64,000 nt of DNA, from positions 98,527 through 162,526 of the forward strand of contig JAZDPX010000033.1 of assembly GCA_043797125.1 (NCBI GenBank), written 5' to 3'. The notes below the pieces were generated by a model. That model was given only the letters and a program-made list of their open reading frames with translations, ran no database searches and was not told the DNA's origin. Both the position numbers and the translations under genes were made by a program. This DNA is from Candidatus Omnitrophota bacterium. GTDB lineage: Bacteria; Omnitrophota; Gorgyraeia; JABMRG01; JAFGKX01. Of the stretch, positions 31,263 to 41,432 are shown piece after piece. Every line of letters starts with the position of its first letter. Position 1 is the first letter of the stretch.

Positions 31263-33042
31263 CTTCTAAAAATATCCTGTTCCACCATTCAAAACAAAGC
31301 AGGCTCCATATAAGAAGCCTGTGGTTTACTTTGCCTGAAATGTGTTCTGTTATTATTTTATTTATATACGCAGGTTTAAAATAGCCGCGATTCAGCGTCC
31401 TTTTATCTAAAATGATCTTTTTCACGTAATCAATAGATTCTCCCCTATACCAGGAAGCGTCAGGCGGGCTGAAACCCTGTTTTCTTTTTTCAATGATTCT
31501 TTTTGGAAGATATTTACTCATAGCCTTTCTTAAAATAAATTTTCCGGAGCCGCTGTTATGTTTGTATTCAGGCGGTATCTTCACGCTAAGCTGTAGCAGC
31601 TCTTTGTCTAAAAATGGCAGCCTTGCCTCCAGCGAGTTAGCCATGCTTATCTTGTCTTCTATAACAAGCAGGCCATGCAAAAAAGTCTTCAAGTCAAAAT
31701 AAAAAGCCCTGTTAAATGAGGCCTCGTTGTTTGAATTTTTTACTATATCTTTATAAATGTCATACGTCGCCAACCCCTTTATTTTTGACCAGGCCTGACC
31801 GCTAAAAAACTTCTTCTTATCCTCATCCGGCATAAGCCTGAGCCAATAACGATAATATTTATCGTCAAATTTATCAATATTTTTGCAGTCTTTGATTAAT
31901 TCGTAGCGCCAAGGGTAACCTCCGAAAATCTCGTCTCCCCCGCCGCCTGTTAACACCACTTTGACAAACCTGCTGGCAAGCTGCGCAACATAGAAATTCT
32001 GATAGCACATACCCACCCTTAAGTCCTCGAGATGCCACACAAGTTTTGGCATTATATGCTGCATATCGCCCGAATGTATCACCATCTCATAATGAGTTGT
32101 ATGAAAACGCCTTGCTATTGCTTCTGCGTCCTTTCTTTCGTCAAAGACCATCTCCATGCCGGATGCCGACGTAAGGTCAAATCCTCCGGTAAAGGTCATC
32201 AAGCGCGGTATCTTAGCGGATGCCACGGCAACTATTGATGCCGAATCCATCCCGCCGCTTAGATAACTGCCTATCGGGACATCGCTTATTAAGTGACGGA
32301 TAACACTTTTCTCAAACACATCTAACACCTTTTTGGTATATGCTTTTTCGCTTAATCTTTCTTCATCAAAGACGATATCCCGATATTGTTTTTGCTCTAA
32401 GCCTTCCTTTGTAACAACCAGCATATGTCCCGGAGAAAGAAGCTTAACGCCCTCAAAAAGAGTTCTGTCCGTAAATATATTCTGAAAGGTAAAATATTCG
32501 CCGAGCGCTTCCAGGCATATCTTTTTTGTGAAATCATTAAGCTTAAAGAACGCTTTTATTTCCGATGCAAAAGAAAATTGCCTGTTCTTGTAGTAGTAAT
32601 ACAGCGGCTTTGTGCCGAATATGTCTCTTGCTAAAAAAAGTCTTTCTTTTTTCTTGTCTCATATCGCAAATGCGAATTCGCCGTTAAATTTCTGAAGACA
32701 TTCTTCGCCCCATTCTTCGTAGGAATGGATAATAACCTCTATGTCTGTCTTGGAACTGAACCTGTGGCCTTTTGATTCCAGTACAGATACCAATTCAAGG
32801 TAATTATATATCTCTCCGTTAGCGATAAGAAAAATATTTTTATCTTCATTGGGCATGGGTTGCCTGCCCAAAGAAGAAAGGTCTATTATTGAAAGCCTCC
32901 TGTGGGCCAGGCCGATATTTTTGTCAATATACTCGCCTTTGTCGTCGGGGCCGCGGTGTTGTAAGGCCTCGGACATACCGTTTATCTGAGCACAGGATAT
33001 GCTTTTATTATCCAGATTATAAATGCCTGCTATACCGCACAT
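31246..33042 (-). pseudogene. Asparagine synthase-family gene (third copy) interrupted by a single in-frame TGA at 32659-32661; otherwise full length and collinear
   Basis: N-terminal fragment ends '...GEFAFAI*' and the same frame continues 'DKKKERLFLARDIFGTKPLYYYY...' into the 392-aa ORF; the stop sits where paralogs have Y/W (FAFALYD / FAIALYD). Confidence 0.75.
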
Positions 33043-33043
33043 T

Positions 33044-33988
33044 TTAGTTATTTGGGGCTTTGCGCAACCAGTTTACGTAGTTTTGAATTCCCTGGCTTGC
33101 AGAATATTTTGGCTGAAAATCAAAACAGTCTTTGGCTTTTTTGTATGAGAGTTTCATTCTCTCTATGTCGCCTTTGGCCTTTGGCCCGCTTTTTGGCTTT
33201 ATATATACGTTTAAGACCTTACAGACAATTTCATAGATTTCATTTATAGATGTTTCTGTGTCGGTCCCCAGGATAAAAATCTCATCTTCTGTGTGCGCCT
33301 GCGAGGCCTTGATAAGGCCCTGAACAACATCTTTTACGTATATAAGATCTCTTGTTTGCTTTCCATCCCAGTATATCGTCGGCTGTTCTTTGCTTAAAAG
33401 CTTCTGAGTGAATTCTGCGATTACGGGTTTCCAGTCGGGTTTCGCCCTCTGCCTTTCCCCGTACACGGTTGCCAGCCTGCATATTGCGACAGGCAGGCTG
33501 TAAATATTGTGGTAAACTTTCAAGTAATACTCAGCCGCTAATTTGTTTACATCGTAAGGCGTGGTTGGATTATCCCTGTGCTTTTCGTCCATAGGTAAAT
33601 ATGTAGGATCTCCATAAATACCGCTATTGCTGGTAAAAATAATTTTGCAATTATGTATTTTTGCGATTTCAAGAATATTCAGCGTTCCTACCGCGTTTAC
33701 CTGGGTATCTCTAAAGGGGTTGCTTAAGCTTAAGGAGCGGGGATGGCACGCTAAATGGAATATTTTTTCAAAATCATAATTAACTAATAAGGATTTAAGG
33801 CTATCTAAAGAATTGGTTATATCAGCTCTTATTAAATCTATCTGGCCCTTGACGTTTTCCAAGTTTTCAATACGCCCGTTGCTAAAATCATCGATTATTA
33901 CAACCTTGTTCTTTTGACTTATAAGCTCCTCTGCCAAATGGGAGCCTATGAAACCCGCGCCGCCTGTTATTAATACTGCTTTTGTCAT
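33044..33988 (-). CDS. NAD-dependent epimerase/dehydratase (UDP-sugar 4-epimerase-like SDR)
   Basis: '[21 protein letters not shown]' glycine-rich NAD motif; YxxxK region. Confidence 0.8.
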   Translation of the reverse strand: MTKAVLITGGAGFIGSHLAEELISQKNKVVIIDDFSNGRIENLENVKGQIDLIRADITNSLDSLKSLLVNYDFEKIFHLACHPRSLSLSNPFRDTQVNAVGTLNILEIAKIHNCKIIFTSNSGIYGDPTYLPMDEKHRDNPTTPYDVNKLAAEYYLKVYHNIYSLPVAICRLATVYGERQRAKPDWKPVIAEFTQKLLSKEQPTIYWDGKQTRDLIYVKDVVQGLIKASQAHTEDEIFILGTDTETSINEIYEIVCKVLNVYIKPKSGPKAKGDIERMKLSYKKAKDCFDFQPKYSASQGIQNYVNWLRKAPNN

Positions 33989-35622
33989 TGCTTATCCTCG
34001 ATTAAAGCCTCTATGCTGATATCGCTTTTATCCGGCCTTTGGCCTGTCTGAATCAATTTGTTGTTTTCAACTACATACGTATTAGAACAACCCTTGCACT
34101 GCATTATATCTAAGCCGCCCTTTTGTTTTAAGGTTACTCCGCATTCGCACACCCATCCTATTTGCCTTGCAGGGACCCCGACTACCAGCGCGTAATCAGG
34201 GACATCTTTCTTAACCACTGCCCCGGCGCCCACCATCGCGTACCTGCCTATCGTTACCCCGCATATTATAGTAGCGTTAGCGCCTATGGTCGCGCCTCTT
34301 TTTACGAGCGTAGGCAAAAAGGCGTTTTTCCTTTCTATGAACGCTCTCGGCGTATAGACATTCGTAAATACGCAAGACGGTCCGCAGAAGACCTCATCCT
34401 GGATAGTTACGCCTTTGTAGACCGAAACGTTATTCTGTATTTTACACATACTGCCCACGCTGACATCCGGGCCTATCATAACATTCTGCCCGATGACGCA
34501 ATTTTTGCCTATCTTTGTGCCTTTTAAAATATGCGAATAATGCCATATTTTAGTGCCGTCGCCTATGTCTGTGTTTTCATCGACAAAACAAGTAGGATGC
34601 GTAAAATAATTCACAGTTACGGTGCTTTCAGGAATCGTATTTACAATCAGATCGTCAGACCTTTTGCACCTTATGGATTTTTCTGAGCGCTCCAACACCC
34701 TTAAAACCTTTATTGCTTCATCAGCGTCCGTCTTCGGGGTTTGCCTGTTTTTGACGCATTCTAAAAAATGCTTAAGCTCTACTTTTAAGGGTTCTTCATC
34801 TGAAATTTTTACGCAATAATGGTCGGCTTTGCGCGCTATCGGGATTTTACCGTTAGTCCATTCTATTTCGTGCGGATAGATAAAAAGTTTTTCTTTGGTC
34901 AAGTCATCAAAAACAGCCATTGCCTTTGAGCCCACCACTATCAGCTTTTGCTCCTTATACGGATGCAGCCAGCTCACAAAAATATGGGCCTTTATTCTGT
35001 TTTTAAATTCCAGGTTAGTCATGGTGATATCATATATCTGCTCGCTTAGATAATATTCGCCGAAGCAGTTTATCTTTTCCGGCTCATCGCCTACCAGCAT
35101 TAAAATAACCGATATATCATGAGGCGCAAAGCTCCATAAAATATTTTCTTCAACTTTTAATTTTCCAATGTTGAGCCTGTTGGAATATATGTACTGGACT
35201 TTGCCCAATTCCATATTATCTATTAATTCTTTTAGCTTTATCACCGCAGGATGGTAATGCAGAATATGGCCTGTCATTAAAATTTTATTTTTTTCTTTGG
35301 CTATATTACCTAATTCCTGCGCATGCCTAAGGGTCAAAGTCAGAGGCTTTTCAACAAAAATATCTTTTCCGGCTTCAAGCGCCTTTTTCCCCAGGTTATA
35401 GTGGGTAGCCGGGGGAGTAGCAATAACCACCGCGTCTATTTTGGGGTCTTTTAATATGTCTTCGAAATAAAGTGTATACTTTATATCAGGGAATTCTTTT
35501 TCTCTCTCTTTTATGGTCTGAGCGTTGATATCACACGCAATGCGCACAGCTCCCAGCTCATAAAGGTTTCGTAAAATATTCTTGCCCCACCCGCCTAAGC
35601 CTATAACTCCTGCGTTAATCAT
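33985..35622 (-). CDS. Fusion of Gfo/Idh/MocA-type oxidoreductase (WbpB-like) and left-handed beta-helix hexapeptide acetyltransferase (WbpD-like)
   Basis: N-term '[20 protein letters not shown]'; C-term hexapeptide repeats '[38 protein letters not shown]'. Confidence 0.8.
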   Translation of the reverse strand: MINAGVIGLGGWGKNILRNLYELGAVRIACDINAQTIKEREKEFPDIKYTLYFEDILKDPKIDAVVIATPPATHYNLGKKALEAGKDIFVEKPLTLTLRHAQELGNIAKEKNKILMTGHILHYHPAVIKLKELIDNMELGKVQYIYSNRLNIGKLKVEENILWSFAPHDISVILMLVGDEPEKINCFGEYYLSEQIYDITMTNLEFKNRIKAHIFVSWLHPYKEQKLIVVGSKAMAVFDDLTKEKLFIYPHEIEWTNGKIPIARKADHYCVKISDEEPLKVELKHFLECVKNRQTPKTDADEAIKVLRVLERSEKSIRCKRSDDLIVNTIPESTVTVNYFTHPTCFVDENTDIGDGTKIWHYSHILKGTKIGKNCVIGQNVMIGPDVSVGSMCKIQNNVSVYKGVTIQDEVFCGPSCVFTNVYTPRAFIERKNAFLPTLVKRGATIGANATIICGVTIGRYAMVGAGAVVKKDVPDYALVVGVPARQIGWVCECGVTLKQKGGLDIMQCKGCSNTYVVENNKLIQTGQRPDKSDISIEALIEDKQ

Positions 35623-35634
35623 TTTTAGGCTCCT

Positions 35635-36576
35635 CTAATTTTTAAATTTAAACCATTCTATGGTCTTGGCCAAGCCTTCCTGCAGATTTACTACAGGCTG
35701 CCAGTTAAGCTTTTCTTTTGCTTTGCTTATATCAGGCCTTCTGATTTTCGGGTCATTTACCGGAAGCGTTTCGTATACTATTTTGCTTTTCGAGCCGGTT
35801 AGTTTAATAATTTTATCCGCCAGCTGCAATATAGTCATCTCCGCGGGGTTTCCTATGTTTACTGGCTCATTAAGTCCGGAATTCATTAGTTTATATATGC
35901 CTGCCACCATATCCGATATATAACAAAAACTTCTGGTTTGAGAACCGTCGCCGTAGACGGTAATAGCCGCGCCTTTTAAAGCCTGGTCGATGAAATTTGG
36001 TATGGCCCTTCCGTCGCTTTTTCGCATTCTCTCGCCGTAAGTGTTAAATATCCGGATTATCTTGGTATCTATTTTATGGACACGGTGATAAGCCAGGGTT
36101 ATCGCTTCCGCGAACCGCTTTGCTTCGTCATATACGCCGCGCGGGCCTGTCGGGTTTACGTTACCCCAATAGCTCTCCGGCTGGGGGCTAACTAATGGGT
36201 CGCCGTATACCTCGGATGTGGATGCCAGCAAAAATTTGGCTCTGTATTTCTTGGCAACCCCGAGGGCGTTATGCGTGCCTAAAGAACCGACCTTTAACGT
36301 CTTTATTGGATATTTTAAATAATCTACCGGCGACGCGGGCGAAGCGAAATGAAGGACATAATCAACTTTTTCTTTTAACCTTATTTCTTTGGTGACATCA
36401 TGCTTTATGAATTTAAAGTTTTTATCTCCCAAAAGGTGCTTTATGTTTTTTTTGCTGCCGGTTACCAGGCTGTCCATGCACATTATTTTGTGGCCTTTTT
36501 TAATTAAAAAATCGCATAAGTGCGAGCCGATGAAACCGGCGCCTCCGGTAATGAGTATTTTCATGAAAAACTCCAT
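35635..36576 (-). CDS. UDP-glucuronate decarboxylase (UDP-xylose synthase)-like SDR
   Basis: '[20 protein letters not shown]...[19 protein letters not shown]...IFNTYGERM', typical of the UXS/ArnA-decarboxylase family. Confidence 0.75.
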   Translation of the reverse strand: MEFFMKILITGGAGFIGSHLCDFLIKKGHKIMCMDSLVTGSKKNIKHLLGDKNFKFIKHDVTKEIRLKEKVDYVLHFASPASPVDYLKYPIKTLKVGSLGTHNALGVAKKYRAKFLLASTSEVYGDPLVSPQPESYWGNVNPTGPRGVYDEAKRFAEAITLAYHRVHKIDTKIIRIFNTYGERMRKSDGRAIPNFIDQALKGAAITVYGDGSQTRSFCYISDMVAGIYKLMNSGLNEPVNIGNPAEMTILQLADKIIKLTGSKSKIVYETLPVNDPKIRRPDISKAKEKLNWQPVVNLQEGLAKTIEWFKFKN

Positions 36577-36578
36577 CT

Positions 36579-36618
36579 TGGTTAATTGGTTAATTGGTTA
36601 ATTTGTTAATTGGTAACT
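36579..36618. repeat. Left arm of composite repeat (ttaattgg tandem array) flanking the four-helix-bundle gene
   Basis: ttggttaattggttaattggttaatttgttaattggtaact. Confidence 0.9.
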
Positions 36619-36989
36619 GATTCCAGCTTTTTGCCTTTAATATATTTAATGTAACCATTTAATTTTTTTAAAACCATATACCCTTCATGTTTAAGTTTTT
36701 CTATACAATCCGTATCTATATAACTTTCATCCACACAAATATTCAAATCATCAATTAGTTCTTCAAGAGATCCTCTAGACTGCCTTAAGAACTGTATATT
36801 TTCTTGATAATGATACCTTCCGTGTCCTTCAGCTATATTATTTGTTAACGATACTGCTGCTCTGCGCATTTGTCTAATTAGATTATACTCTTCTTCCTTG
36901 GGTAATTTATTTGTCAGCTTATAGATTTTCTTCCTATATTCTCGTGCTAGATTATAAGCATCCAATCTTTCAAAACTATATTCGTTCAT
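36606..36989 (-). CDS. Four-helix-bundle protein (23S rRNA intervening-sequence protein family; homologous to DGR Avd proteins)
   Basis: 'ERLDAYNLAREYRKKIYKLTNKLPKEEEYNLIRQMRRAAVSLTNNIAEGHGRYHYQENIQFLRQSRGSLEELIDDL'; the ORF caller used a TTG at 37010 inside the repeat, the ATG at 36989 is more likely. Confidence 0.85.
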   Translation of the reverse strand: MNEYSFERLDAYNLAREYRKKIYKLTNKLPKEEEYNLIRQMRRAAVSLTNNIAEGHGRYHYQENIQFLRQSRGSLEELIDDLNICVDESYIDTDCIEKLKHEGYMVLKKLNGYIKYIKGKKLESVTN

Positions 36990-36995
36990 TTTCTG

Positions 36996-37041
36996 CTCAC
37001 CACTCACCAATTAACCAATTAACCACTCACCAATTAACCAG
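36996..37041. repeat. Right arm of composite repeat (cactcac / ccaattaa arrays), reverse-complement-like to the left arm
   Basis: ctcaccactcaccaattaaccaattaaccactcaccaattaacca. Confidence 0.9.
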
Positions 37042-37043
37042 AC

Positions 37044-38114
37044 TCAATTTTTTATCTTTAAACTCGTGAACACCCCGAAATCCGGCGCTGCGCCGTTTGT
37101 ATTCTCATCAATGGCAATCTGCCAGGAAATTTTATCATTAAAATTATGATTAAAACCCAATGTCAAAACGCCGGGATCATGGTCTGTGGCCGGAACTCCT
37201 CCGTCATATACTGTCGTATTAGCCGTAAACTGAAAAAGCATTGAAGTCTTATCCGTCAAAAAATATTCAAGGCCCAAAGCACCGTGCAGCATTTCTTTCT
37301 TAAATACATCTAAATTACTTAATATGTCAGGCTTATCAACAAAAATATAATTCATGTTTAAGAATACAAAGAACCTTTTAAATAAACTTTTATCGAGTAA
37401 TATTCCTGCGGCATAATCAAATTTTTTACTTCCCAATAATTCATCTTTGGCAGTAGGAAATTTCACAGCTGCCCGTAAAGAAGCTGTGGGAACCCACTTA
37501 TTTTCATCTAATATTTTATATTTTAGGTATGCGGAAACCTCGCCAAAATCATTCGCCTCTGAAGTGCTAAAAATATAAGGGTTTCCCTTGTTTCTTATTT
37601 CGTATTCATAATTGTATTTTTCTGTTTCTTCTCTCGCGTTGGGAGTTTTTATAAATGAAAAAGAACGTTCAAAATTTTCAATAAAGCTGTCAAGGTAGCC
37701 TCCCGAAAAAATATAGTATGGCATATCGAGACTGATTTCCATATCATCCAAAATTCCGTATGAAAGGTTTGCGTCTACTCTATTTACCTCGGTGTCTACA
37801 TAAACCCACCATTCCCTATCCTTTTCGGTAACGCCACCAAACTGCTGCCCGGGCCAGGGCCTCTGATGTACTACGATATTGGAAACATGGTAAGAAGCGT
37901 CGACTCTTATCTTGCCCTTTTTTAGGGTTTGCGCCTTATCTAGTGTTGGCGACATATAAAATAAATATAGAGGCATCTGGTTGCGCACGTTCAGGGGGCC
38001 TACGGCTTGGTATTTGTTTTCTTCAGCAAAAATAGCTGTGGGCTGTGAGCTGTGGGCTGTGAGCAAAAATACAAAAAAGGCAACTATGGTTGAAATTTTA
38101 TTTTTCATATGCAT
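37044..38114 (-). CDS. Secreted hypothetical protein, possible outer-membrane beta-barrel; N-terminus carries a 14-nt tandem duplication
   Basis: Signal peptide 'KISTIVAFFVFLLTAHS'; alternating hydrophobic pattern; duplication agctgtgggctgtg x2 at 38034-38061. Confidence 0.4.
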   Translation of the reverse strand: MHMKNKISTIVAFFVFLLTAHSSQPTAIFAEENKYQAVGPLNVRNQMPLYLFYMSPTLDKAQTLKKGKIRVDASYHVSNIVVHQRPWPGQQFGGVTEKDREWWVYVDTEVNRVDANLSYGILDDMEISLDMPYYIFSGGYLDSFIENFERSFSFIKTPNAREETEKYNYEYEIRNKGNPYIFSTSEANDFGEVSAYLKYKILDENKWVPTASLRAAVKFPTAKDELLGSKKFDYAAGILLDKSLFKRFFVFLNMNYIFVDKPDILSNLDVFKKEMLHGALGLEYFLTDKTSMLFQFTANTTVYDGGVPATDHDPGVLTLGFNHNFNDKISWQIAIDENTNGAAPDFGVFTSLKIKN

Positions 38115-38119
38115 GTTTT

Positions 38120-39433
38120 TTATAATTTAATAATATTTTTCCCGCGAATATTTCTTACACCAAAGGCGTTACGCGTATCTAAAATCAGTTTCGCGTTTTT
38201 AGCAATCATCCTGTAATTAAATCCGTTATGATCTGTTGTTAAAATGGCCAAGTCGCTTTTTTTAATGTTGTTTGCGTTTTGCTCTGTATTCTTTAAATGA
38301 ATACCTGTAATCTCAAGATATGGTATATAAGGGTCGCAATAAGAAACAGCCACGCCTTTAGCCTGCAAAAGCTCTATAACATCCAATGCCGGCGATTCGC
38401 GCAGATCCTTCACGTCTTTCTTGTACGTAACGCCCAGCACCAATATCTTTGCCTTGGAAATATCTTTACCGTTTTTAGCGAGCATGCTTTCCGCCCTATG
38501 CGCCACATAATGCGGCATAAAAAGGTTGGTTTTTGCCGCGATATCAATCATTTTTGTCTTAAAACCGACTTTGCGCGCCTTCCATGAAAGATAAATTGGG
38601 TCTGCAGGGATGCAATGACCACCAATTCCCGGGCCCGGGTAAAACGGCATGAAACCGAATGGTTTGGTCTTCGCAGCCTCTACTACTTCCCAAACATCTA
38701 TTTTCAACCTGTCACACACCATGGCAAATTCGTTTATAAGGCCTATATTGACTATCCTGAATGTGTTTTCAAGAAGCTTGACCACCTCTGCGGATTCAGC
38801 AGAAGAAACAGGCACAACCTGCTTTATTATTTTAGAATAGAGCTTCTTTGTCAGCTCCCCGGCTTCTTTGCTTATTCCGCCGACAACTTTGGGAATTTTG
38901 GCAAAGGGGTATTTTTTATTGCCCGGGTCTATTCTTTCCGGAGAAAATGATAAAAAGAAATCTTTGCCTTCCCTTAAGCCGCCTTTCTGAAATATAGGCA
39001 TTACCACATCTCTCGTTGTGCCCGGGTATGTGGTGCTTTCCAGAATAACTAATTGAGAGGGGCGTAAATGTTTGTACATGGTGCGGCTTGCCTGGATAAT
39101 ATACGACATATCGGGAGTTTTTCTTTTACGCAAAGGCGTCGGCACGCATATTATTATCGCATCAGAATCTTCTAAAACAGACCTGTTTAGAGTCGGTGAA
39201 AATTTCTTCCCTCTTATGGCGGCTTTTATTTGCGATGACGGAATATCCGTTATATAGGATTTTCCCTTTAGCAGGCTGTCGATTCTATTCTTGTTGTTAT
39301 CCAATCCGTAGACAAAATAACCTTTTTTTACAAATTCAATTGCAATGGGCAGGCCCACATACCCCAAACCAAGCACGCATATTTTGGCATGTTTTGAATC
39401 TATAAGCCTGTTTAATTTAGCGGCGTTATTCAT
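38120..39433 (-). CDS. Nucleotide-sugar dehydrogenase (UDP-GlcNAc/ManNAc 6-dehydrogenase; WbpA/WecC-like)
   Basis: 'KICVLGLGYVGLPIAIEF' N-terminal NAD motif; UDPG/GMD dehydrogenase family architecture. Confidence 0.8.
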   Translation of the reverse strand: MNNAAKLNRLIDSKHAKICVLGLGYVGLPIAIEFVKKGYFVYGLDNNKNRIDSLLKGKSYITDIPSSQIKAAIRGKKFSPTLNRSVLEDSDAIIICVPTPLRKRKTPDMSYIIQASRTMYKHLRPSQLVILESTTYPGTTRDVVMPIFQKGGLREGKDFFLSFSPERIDPGNKKYPFAKIPKVVGGISKEAGELTKKLYSKIIKQVVPVSSAESAEVVKLLENTFRIVNIGLINEFAMVCDRLKIDVWEVVEAAKTKPFGFMPFYPGPGIGGHCIPADPIYLSWKARKVGFKTKMIDIAAKTNLFMPHYVAHRAESMLAKNGKDISKAKILVLGVTYKKDVKDLRESPALDVIELLQAKGVAVSYCDPYIPYLEITGIHLKNTEQNANNIKKSDLAILTTDHNGFNYRMIAKNAKLILDTRNAFGVRNIRGKNIIKL

Positions 39434-40389
39434 CTTATTTTTTCTCTCCAGTAATTAAGCAGGTCTTCCATGGTTTTCTTAAACGGTATTTCAGGTTTCC
39501 ATCCGGTCAGCTTCCTCATTTTAGAACAATTCCCTAAAAGAATAGCGACATCGCTGGGACGCATTCTTGCAGGATCCTGCTTTATTTTTATGGGGACTTT
39601 AGCAAATGACAAAAGCGTGTCAAGGACCTCTCGCATAGAGCGGGCTTTTCCCGAACAAATATTATACACGTCTCCGGGCTTTCCCTTCTGCATAATGAGC
39701 CAGTAGGCTTTAACCATGTCCCTTACATCTGTAAAATCCCTTTTTGCGTTTAAGTTTCCTACATGCATAACCGGCTTTTGTTTGCCTTTCTCTATCATGG
39801 CAATCTGTTTTGCAAAATTAGAAGAAGCAAAACTTTCTCCTCTTCTGGGCCCTGTGTGGTTGAATGCACGCGTCCTTATTACCCTTAAACCGTAACTTTT
39901 GTAATATTGATATCCTAAAAGATCCTGCCCTACCTTAGATACCCCATAGGGGCTAAGCGGCCTTAATGGATTTGTTTCTTTTATCGGTAGTTCATTTTTG
40001 TTTACAAAACCGTACTCTTCAGAAGAACCGGCCACAATAACCCTTGGGTTTTGCTTCAGGCTAAGCAGCGCTTCAAATAAGTTAACCTCACCTATCATAT
40101 TGGTCTTGATTGTTTCTGCCGGGGCTGTCCATGAGGTTGGAACAAAAGACTGGGCTGCCAGGTGTATGATAAAATGCGGTTTAATTTTATTAAGGATATC
40201 GCGCATTGAGACAATATCGTTTATGTCGCATTCGTCGTAAAGTTTTATTTTATCTTTAAGATGCTCTATGTTTTCAGTACTTGCCTTCCAGCGCTCTATT
40301 CCATAAACTTCAATATCTTTCTTGTTTAGAAAAAATTCCGTAAAATGGCTTCCAACAAACCCTGCTATTCCGGTAATAAGGACTCTCAT
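39430..40389 (-). CDS. NAD-dependent epimerase/dehydratase (GDP-sugar 4,6-dehydratase/reductase-like SDR)
   Basis: 'MRVLITGIAGFVGSHFTEFFL'; 'YGVSKVGQDLL' YxxxK. Confidence 0.7.
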   Translation of the reverse strand: MRVLITGIAGFVGSHFTEFFLNKKDIEVYGIERWKASTENIEHLKDKIKLYDECDINDIVSMRDILNKIKPHFIIHLAAQSFVPTSWTAPAETIKTNMIGEVNLFEALLSLKQNPRVIVAGSSEEYGFVNKNELPIKETNPLRPLSPYGVSKVGQDLLGYQYYKSYGLRVIRTRAFNHTGPRRGESFASSNFAKQIAMIEKGKQKPVMHVGNLNAKRDFTDVRDMVKAYWLIMQKGKPGDVYNICSGKARSMREVLDTLLSFAKVPIKIKQDPARMRPSDVAILLGNCSKMRKLTGWKPEIPFKKTMEDLLNYWREKIR

Positions 40390-41336
40390 AGATTCTTTTT
40401 CCTTTCTCTTAAATACCTTGTTAAAGCATCTTTCCAGTCTGCTAAACTGCTGCCATGTATTTTGAAAAAAAGTGTATTATCCAATATTGACATCTTCGGC
40501 CTTTTTGCCGGCCTGTCTAGTTGGTCCGATGATATAGGAATAACTTTTATATCCTCTTTACCTGCCTGGTTAACAATCTCTTTTGCGAACTCATACCACG
40601 AGCATGAGCCGGAGTTGGTAACATTTAGAATGCGGCTATTGGTTAATTGGTTAGTAGTTAATTGGTAACTGTCTACAATATCCGCTATCGCCTTTGCTAA
40701 ATCAACTGCATACGTCGGCGAACCAACCTGGTCATTCACAACTTTTATCCGCTTCTGCGTTTTAGCTTTCTCCAATATCGCTTCTACAAAATTCCTGCCT
40801 CCGGCCCCAAACAGCCAGCTTGTCCTTATGATTAAATAATTATCCAATTCACCCCTGACGGCATTTTCGCCTGCGAGTTTGGTTTTTCCATAAATGCTTA
40901 TCGGGTTTGGCATATCCTGTTCGCTGTAGGGCGAGGCCTTCTCTCCGTCGAAAACAAAATCAGTGCTTATGTATATCATGGACGAAGAGGCGAGTTTGCA
41001 CCCTTCTGCTATTATGGCTGTAGCTTGCGTATTTAGGTTGTGAGCTTTTTCAGGATTTAGCTCGCAGCCGTCAACATCGGTATATGCGGCGCAGTGGATT
41101 GTGATGTCGGGGCTTATCTGTTTGATTTTTTGCAGCGCCAAAACTCTGTCAGTTAGGTCAAGTTTGTGAAAAGCTGTTGGCTTTGGGCTACCTGCCCCGC
41201 ACCTGAACGAAGTGAATGGTGCGGGGTGGGCTATGGGCTCCCTAACATCAATCCCGACAACTTCATGCTCAGGCGCTAATTTTCTGCACAACGCCTGACC
41301 CAACATGCCGCTTGAACCAGTAATAAGTACTCTCAT
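40386..41336 (-). CDS. rfbD: dTDP-4-dehydrorhamnose reductase (RfbD/RmlD) carrying two in-frame insertions
   Basis: 'MRVLITGSSGMLGQAL...' N-term; 'RPAKRPKMSILDN' C-term. Insert 1 is a GC-rich hairpin ccccgcacc/ggtgcgggg at 41195-41226; insert 2 is the ttaattgg-family repeat at 40639-40671. Confidence 0.75.
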   Translation of the reverse strand: MRVLITGSSGMLGQALCRKLAPEHEVVGIDVREPIAHPAPFTSFRCGAGSPKPTAFHKLDLTDRVLALQKIKQISPDITIHCAAYTDVDGCELNPEKAHNLNTQATAIIAEGCKLASSSMIYISTDFVFDGEKASPYSEQDMPNPISIYGKTKLAGENAVRGELDNYLIIRTSWLFGAGGRNFVEAILEKAKTQKRIKVVNDQVGSPTYAVDLAKAIADIVDSYQLTTNQLTNSRILNVTNSGSCSWYEFAKEIVNQAGKEDIKVIPISSDQLDRPAKRPKMSILDNTLFFKIHGSSLADWKDALTRYLRERKKNL

Positions 41337-41350
41337 AGAATCGTTATGAT

Positions 41351-41432
41351 TTGGTTAATTAGTTAATTGGTTAATTAGTTAATTAACCACTCACCAATTA
41401 ACCACTCACTAACTTCACCACTCAATTATCCT
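41351..41432. repeat. Composite palindromic repeat unit (ttaattgg/ttaattag array, core gttaattaacc, cactcac array); 'empty' copy
   Basis: ttggttaattagttaattggttaattagttaattaaccactcaccaattaaccactcactaacttcaccactc. Confidence 0.9.

Noticed and set aside
32659-32661. Alternative genetic code (UGA=Trp/Gly) explaining the in-frame TGA in the third asnB
   Set aside because: Multiple well-defined genes in the window terminate at TGA, including ATGA stop/start overlaps (wzm/wzt, GT2/methyltransferase), so TGA is a functional stop here.
36606-37010. Diversity-generating retroelement (the four-helix-bundle protein is an Avd homologue)
   Set aside because: No reverse transcriptase, template/variable repeat pair or target gene in the window. 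The gene is instead explained by insertion into a local repeat unit.
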